Below are positions 59,924 through 64,000 of a stretch of DNA of 64,000 bases, one piece after another. Both the position numbers and the translations under genes were made by a program. This DNA is from a virus, in the IMG/VR virus record IMGVR_UViG_3300024265_000047, positions 4,079 through 68,078 of that record; one strand, given 5' to 3'. Each line of letters begins with the position of its first letter. Position 1 is the stretch's first letter. The notes under the pieces were generated by a model that was not told the DNA's origin, ran no database searches, and saw only the letters and a list, made by a program, of their open reading frames with translations.

Positions 59924-62900
59924 TTATTCTATTATTAATATATTTTTATTTAGATTTTTTGTATTACCATTTGTATCGTTAAGTTGTAAATCTACAGAAT
60001 ATTTTCCTTTTATTTTAAAAAGTAATGGTAATATTTTTTGTTTATAAATTTTCGTACCAAATGCAATATCATCTAAATTTGTAACTGTCCAAATTGGATC
60101 AGTTTTACCTGGAATTTTACAATTATCGTACGTAAATGTTATGAAACTTGCTGGTGATAATTTAGCATAATTGTGTAATACATTAATTTCATTCCATCTT
60201 ATATTATTAGTTATACTGTTTCCATAAACTCCAATCAAAACATCACCAGTAGAACCTGCAACATATTCAAAATCACAACCCTTACCCATATATTTTCCAA
60301 CTGCTAAAATATACTGTGGATCATCTAATTCATCATATATACAGTTATAATTATATTTAGATATTATTGGATCAACACTTGTATTCAATTCATCCTTTGC
60401 ATTTTCTATATCAAAAGATAAAAATTGATGGTATCCAGTATCTGTTCCATCATATATTTCTAATTGTCCCTGTCTATATACATCTAATATTTGAAAATAA
60501 GCTGGTGAATCTCCTGCTATTTCCGTAGCATCCCACCATAGATGAGTTGAATCATCCCATATTACAGTATTCATATTAACCCATTGATATGGTCCAGCAA
60601 AATTTATATCAAGATCTTTAGTATATATAGTTACACTAGTATCTGGATTAGTTTTATCCATCAATGGAATAAGGTTTGATCTATCTCCAGCAATATACCA
60701 ACTCATATCAATATTACTTATTTCAGTATTATTTATAAGTGGTAAATTCCAATATGAATTACAATCATTCCATACATCATTTTTGACATTATTCCATATA
60801 TAATTTCTATCTATGTATCGATAATAACCCTTAAAATCTATTTCTTTTGATTTTACTTCTATATAATCAGTTTTAGTTTCACTAGATACATTATTAAATG
60901 CATCATAAAGTTTCATTTCAACTGTATATATTCCTTCATGTGGAAGATTTAATGGTAATTCATTATATTCGTATAACTGTCCTCTAACTGTATAAGAAAA
61001 TTCTGGTGTTGTATCTTCTGCTTTATAAACAATCCATTCTATATCATAAAAATTATTGCTTTCTAAATTATCCCATGTATATAGTGTTGATAAACTGAAT
61101 GTATATTTTGTAAGTTCTGAATCATTTGGAAATGAAGCATCTATTGTTAATGATTCAAAATCAAATTGAACCTGTTGTCCAGCAACCTCTAATCCTTTAA
61201 TTCTAAATGTTGGATCTTCACCTGGATCTAATCCAACAACACTTGGATGAAATTTATCCCAAGGTGCTCCATCAGAAGTCATTGCTGCATACCATGCTGT
61301 TACTAATGCTTCTGCTATTTCTAATGCACCATCACCACCCAATGCAACATGTTGAACATATTCTCCACTAATTTTATCTCTTATTCTAAATATATCATTT
61401 ACTGAAGGATTTTTCGGTACAAAATCATATATATGATTTGCATTACTATCCAAATCTCTCCATACAACATTTGTTTCATCCCAGGTAATGTTAAAACTTG
61501 TATTCTGTAAAACTATCGGATATCCTACTGATATACCTTCCTTATCTGGAAGTTCATCTAATGTATCAAGATTAGGATAATAGTTATCCCAATATGCTAA
61601 CAATACACTAGCCAAAGTTTCAACAGTATGACTTGAATCTGCAATCACCTGTGAAAATATATGTGGAACACTCCAAGGAGTTTGTTCAGGTACATCAAGA
61701 TCCGTTATATCTCTTAGATCCATTATGTAACCGTACGTATCTGGAATAACTGTAAACGTTGCATCTATACCAACATCAATAACATCAGTAACACTTATTG
61801 CTAAATTTGCTCTTATTTTTGATTTATGAAAATAATCTGATTCACCAGATATGTCAAGTATTCTAGAATTAGAAGATAAAAAATCTTCTTTCAATTTATT
61901 CTTTAATCCATAAAGTTTTATAAGAGCTTCTTCTAAAGTATATTCAAAAACTTCTTCTACCAAGGGTAAATCGTGTTGATCAAAAAGACCATCTCTAATT
62001 TTATTGATTCTATAATACAAACCAAACAAAGAAGTTTTTTTAAAATTTTTATTTGGCATGTTTGTAGAATCATTATTATAATCTACTCTATCATCAAATA
62101 TATCTATAACCTTAGTAGATTTATATTTACCATATCTTGGAGAATCTATGTTAACATTTTTCCAATATTCTTTAATAACTAAGTTATTATAACCATAATA
62201 TTTAATACTATTTATCAAACCTTTATAAGATCCTCTGTATGGAATAATATTGCTTCCTTCTAATAGTATTTCTTTTTTCTTATAATTAAGTATTTCAAAA
62301 TCTGGTTTTCCTTCGTTCATATCAGAATCTTTGAATAAAGATACATCTTTTGTTAAAAAATCGTAACCCAAATTGTTACATAGTATTGATAACCTTTCAT
62401 CTTCTGCTACTGTTTCTCCGTATATCTGTATTCTTGCTATGTCTGTTCCTGTGTTGTTATCAGTTATCAATAAATATCTTTCATAAATGTCTTCAACATC
62501 TGAACTTATTGCAATATTTATTTGAATCTGTTCATCTGTTAATACTGTTGTAGATTTTAATCCACTTGTATCGATACTTTCGTTATAATCAACATCAAGG
62601 ATAACATCTATTTGTGCGTATGTTTCTATGTATGGCGTTTCTTCAGTTACATCAAATTGATACAAAAAAATCTTTTCTGTATTATCATCTTCCCACTGAA
62701 ATCTAAGTTCATTTATATCACCAGTTTCAACTGTATAGCCTGTTGTCACATTTGGATTTCCAGTATGAGGTTTTGCATAAACAATTTTACCAGTTGCTGT
62801 ATCAATAAATTTTTCAACTATAAATAAACTTTCTACCTCAAACAATCCAACAGACACTCGTGGTAAGTGTATACTGCCTCCCCATAAGCCATTAGTGTAT

Positions 62901-62956
62901 GTAAAATTACAGGGTTTACCTTCTTTGGTAAAAAAGAATAGATTTTCGTAAGCCAT
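59924..62956 (-). CDS. Putative baseplate wedge protein with PKD-like domains
   Basis: RGSYKGLINSIKYYGY...IKEYW wedge-like segment; GIYTVEMKLYD and GKYSVDLQLND PKD-like strands. Confidence 0.6.
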   Translation of the reverse strand: MAYENLFFFTKEGKPCNFTYTNGLWGGSIHLPRVSVGLFEVESLFIVEKFIDTATGKIVYAKPHTGNPNVTTGYTVETGDINELRFQWEDDNTEKIFLYQFDVTEETPYIETYAQIDVILDVDYNESIDTSGLKSTTVLTDEQIQINIAISSDVEDIYERYLLITDNNTGTDIARIQIYGETVAEDERLSILCNNLGYDFLTKDVSLFKDSDMNEGKPDFEILNYKKKEILLEGSNIIPYRGSYKGLINSIKYYGYNNLVIKEYWKNVNIDSPRYGKYKSTKVIDIFDDRVDYNNDSTNMPNKNFKKTSLFGLYYRINKIRDGLFDQHDLPLVEEVFEYTLEEALIKLYGLKNKLKEDFLSSNSRILDISGESDYFHKSKIRANLAISVTDVIDVGIDATFTVIPDTYGYIMDLRDITDLDVPEQTPWSVPHIFSQVIADSSHTVETLASVLLAYWDNYYPNLDTLDELPDKEGISVGYPIVLQNTSFNITWDETNVVWRDLDSNANHIYDFVPKNPSVNDIFRIRDKISGEYVQHVALGGDGALEIAEALVTAWYAAMTSDGAPWDKFHPSVVGLDPGEDPTFRIKGLEVAGQQVQFDFESLTIDASFPNDSELTKYTFSLSTLYTWDNLESNNFYDIEWIVYKAEDTTPEFSYTVRGQLYEYNELPLNLPHEGIYTVEMKLYDAFNNVSSETKTDYIEVKSKEIDFKGYYRYIDRNYIWNNVKNDVWNDCNSYWNLPLINNTEISNIDMSWYIAGDRSNLIPLMDKTNPDTSVTIYTKDLDINFAGPYQWVNMNTVIWDDSTHLWWDATEIAGDSPAYFQILDVYRQGQLEIYDGTDTGYHQFLSFDIENAKDELNTSVDPIISKYNYNCIYDELDDPQYILAVGKYMGKGCDFEYVAGSTGDVLIGVYGNSITNNIRWNEINVLHNYAKLSPASFITFTYDNCKIPGKTDPIWTVTNLDDIAFGTKIYKQKILPLLFKIKGKYSVDLQLNDTNGNTKNLNKNILIIE

Positions 62957-63195
62957 TAATTTATCTTTTTATAATTCTTATTAACTGTAAAATTTTGAAA
63001 AACTCTTACTATCTTTACACTTTCGATTAAATTAACCATTATATCATTTATGTATGTAATAAATCCACTTATGTTTTCGTTTCTAAAAAGATAATTTGAT
63101 AAAGTTTTTTGCATTAAAACATTAGAATAATCAAATCCTTCGTTTAATAAAACTTCATTTTGTGTTTCGGATATATCATAAAGACTTTCACTCAT
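62956..63195 (-). CDS. Hypothetical protein
   Basis: 79-aa ORF coupled to the baseplate genes. Confidence 0.65.
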   Translation of the reverse strand: MSESLYDISETQNEVLLNEGFDYSNVLMQKTLSNYLFRNENISGFITYINDIMVNLIESVKIVRVFQNFTVNKNYKKIN

Positions 63196-63196
63196 T

Positions 63197-64000
63197 TTAC
63201 TTTAATTTCTTATATTTATTCTTCTGTAATTCTGTCAATTTATCTTGGTTCATTTTATTATAAAGATCTAACTTTATCTCTTCCTTAAATATGATATTAA
63301 GAGATGAAAGTTTTCCAGTTTCTGGATATGTTTCATAAAATTTTCCGTTTCTATCATACCAGTTTCCTCTTATTATGGGAAGTTCTCTTTCCTTTATAAG
63401 TATATCTCCAAATTCATCCAATCCCAAATTAGGATCTTCACCAACAGCCAATGTAACTTTTTCCTGCGATACAATTTTTCTTAATCTTGTTACTGAATCA
63501 AATCCCCAAACAGTTTTCATGTAATAACCGTTTGTTATTGCTTCTTCGTTTTCTTGTGATACAAATGTTACATTAACAGAATCAACTCCTTCTACATTTT
63601 CAGCTAAAGCAACTATATCTGATCTAGGTATTTTATCTCTTCTTTTAATATTCAAAAAATATTCATTCAATCTGGATCTTAATTCACCTTCAATATATTC
63701 TTTTCCAGGTTTATCGAAATATCTAAGTATAATATTTAAATTATATCTTTTAATTATAGGTTCTATAAAAATTAATTCAGTACTTGTTGCTTGTCCACCA
63801 TTTTCAGTTAGTGTTGTTTTTATAAAATTTATTTCTTGACTATTCAATGTGAATTCACTTTCATCTATTATAAAATAATCTGTATCAGATGTTAATTTTT
63901 TGTTTATATCTGGTAACAAATACAGATATATGACATTATCATCATCCAAATATTCATCATTAAACGTTGTATATGCATCTATAATAGAAAAATAATTATA
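63197..64000 (-). CDS. gp6/baseplate-J-like wedge protein, 5' end outside window
   Basis: Frame is open to the window edge (YNYFSIIDAYTTFNDEYLDDDN...); KIPRSDIVALAENVEGVDSVNV resembles the baseplate J/gp6 C-terminal region. Confidence 0.65.
   Translation of the reverse strand, partial: YNYFSIIDAYTTFNDEYLDDDNVIYLYLLPDINKKLTSDTDYFIIDESEFTLNSQEINFIKTTLTENGGQATSTELIFIEPIIKRYNLNIILRYFDKPGKEYIEGELRSRLNEYFLNIKRRDKIPRSDIVALAENVEGVDSVNVTFVSQENEEAITNGYYMKTVWGFDSVTRLRKIVSQEKVTLAVGEDPNLGLDEFGDILIKERELPIIRGNWYDRNGKFYETYPETGKLSSLNIIFKEEIKLDLYNKMNQDKLTELQKNKYKKLK

Noticed and set aside
1-64000. Stop-codon reassignment as in some jumbo/Lak phages
   Set aside because: Core genes are full length with the standard code, and TAA, TAG and TGA all end genes at tight junctions.

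Overview
AT-rich segment of a large T4-like (jumbo-type) phage genome, almost entirely coded on the minus strand with the standard genetic code. From ~1.5 to 30.4 kb it holds a T4-like replication/recombination/nucleotide module: gp46/gp47, gp41 helicase, UvsX, UvsW, UvsY, primase, gp32, a probable clamp, a RuvC-like resolvase, a family B DNA polymerase split into two genes 6.9 kb apart, class II ribonucleotide reductase, one intact and one degenerate dUTPase, GroES and an Acb1/gp57B-like 2H phosphoesterase. A block of probable head-packaged proteins is interleaved in this module. From ~30.4 to 64 kb it holds a virion structural module (tail tube-like, spanin-like, tail fibre, large baseplate-type proteins), interrupted by a five-gene plus-strand cassette and a stand-alone tnpB. 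An Hc1-type histone-like gene missed by the ORF track, the NrdJ and lysozyme-like sequences, and A-rich ribosome-binding regions mostly lacking Shine-Dalgarno motifs suggest a Bacteroidota host (inference). Most notable unexplained signals: (1) eight copies of an exactly spaced AAAC-N17-TATAAT promoter before replication genes, against an ATATATAA motif before structural genes; (2) a ~310-nt gp32 leader with 10-nt periodic repeats and hairpins; (3) about ten unrelated proteins sharing a T4 capsid-targeting-like N-terminus and Glu cleavage-like sites, including an ATP-grasp enzyme, a muralytic enzyme and glycine-zipper proteins. No tRNA, rRNA, CRISPR array or reverse transcriptase was seen. All family calls come from motif recognition by eye, not from database searches.
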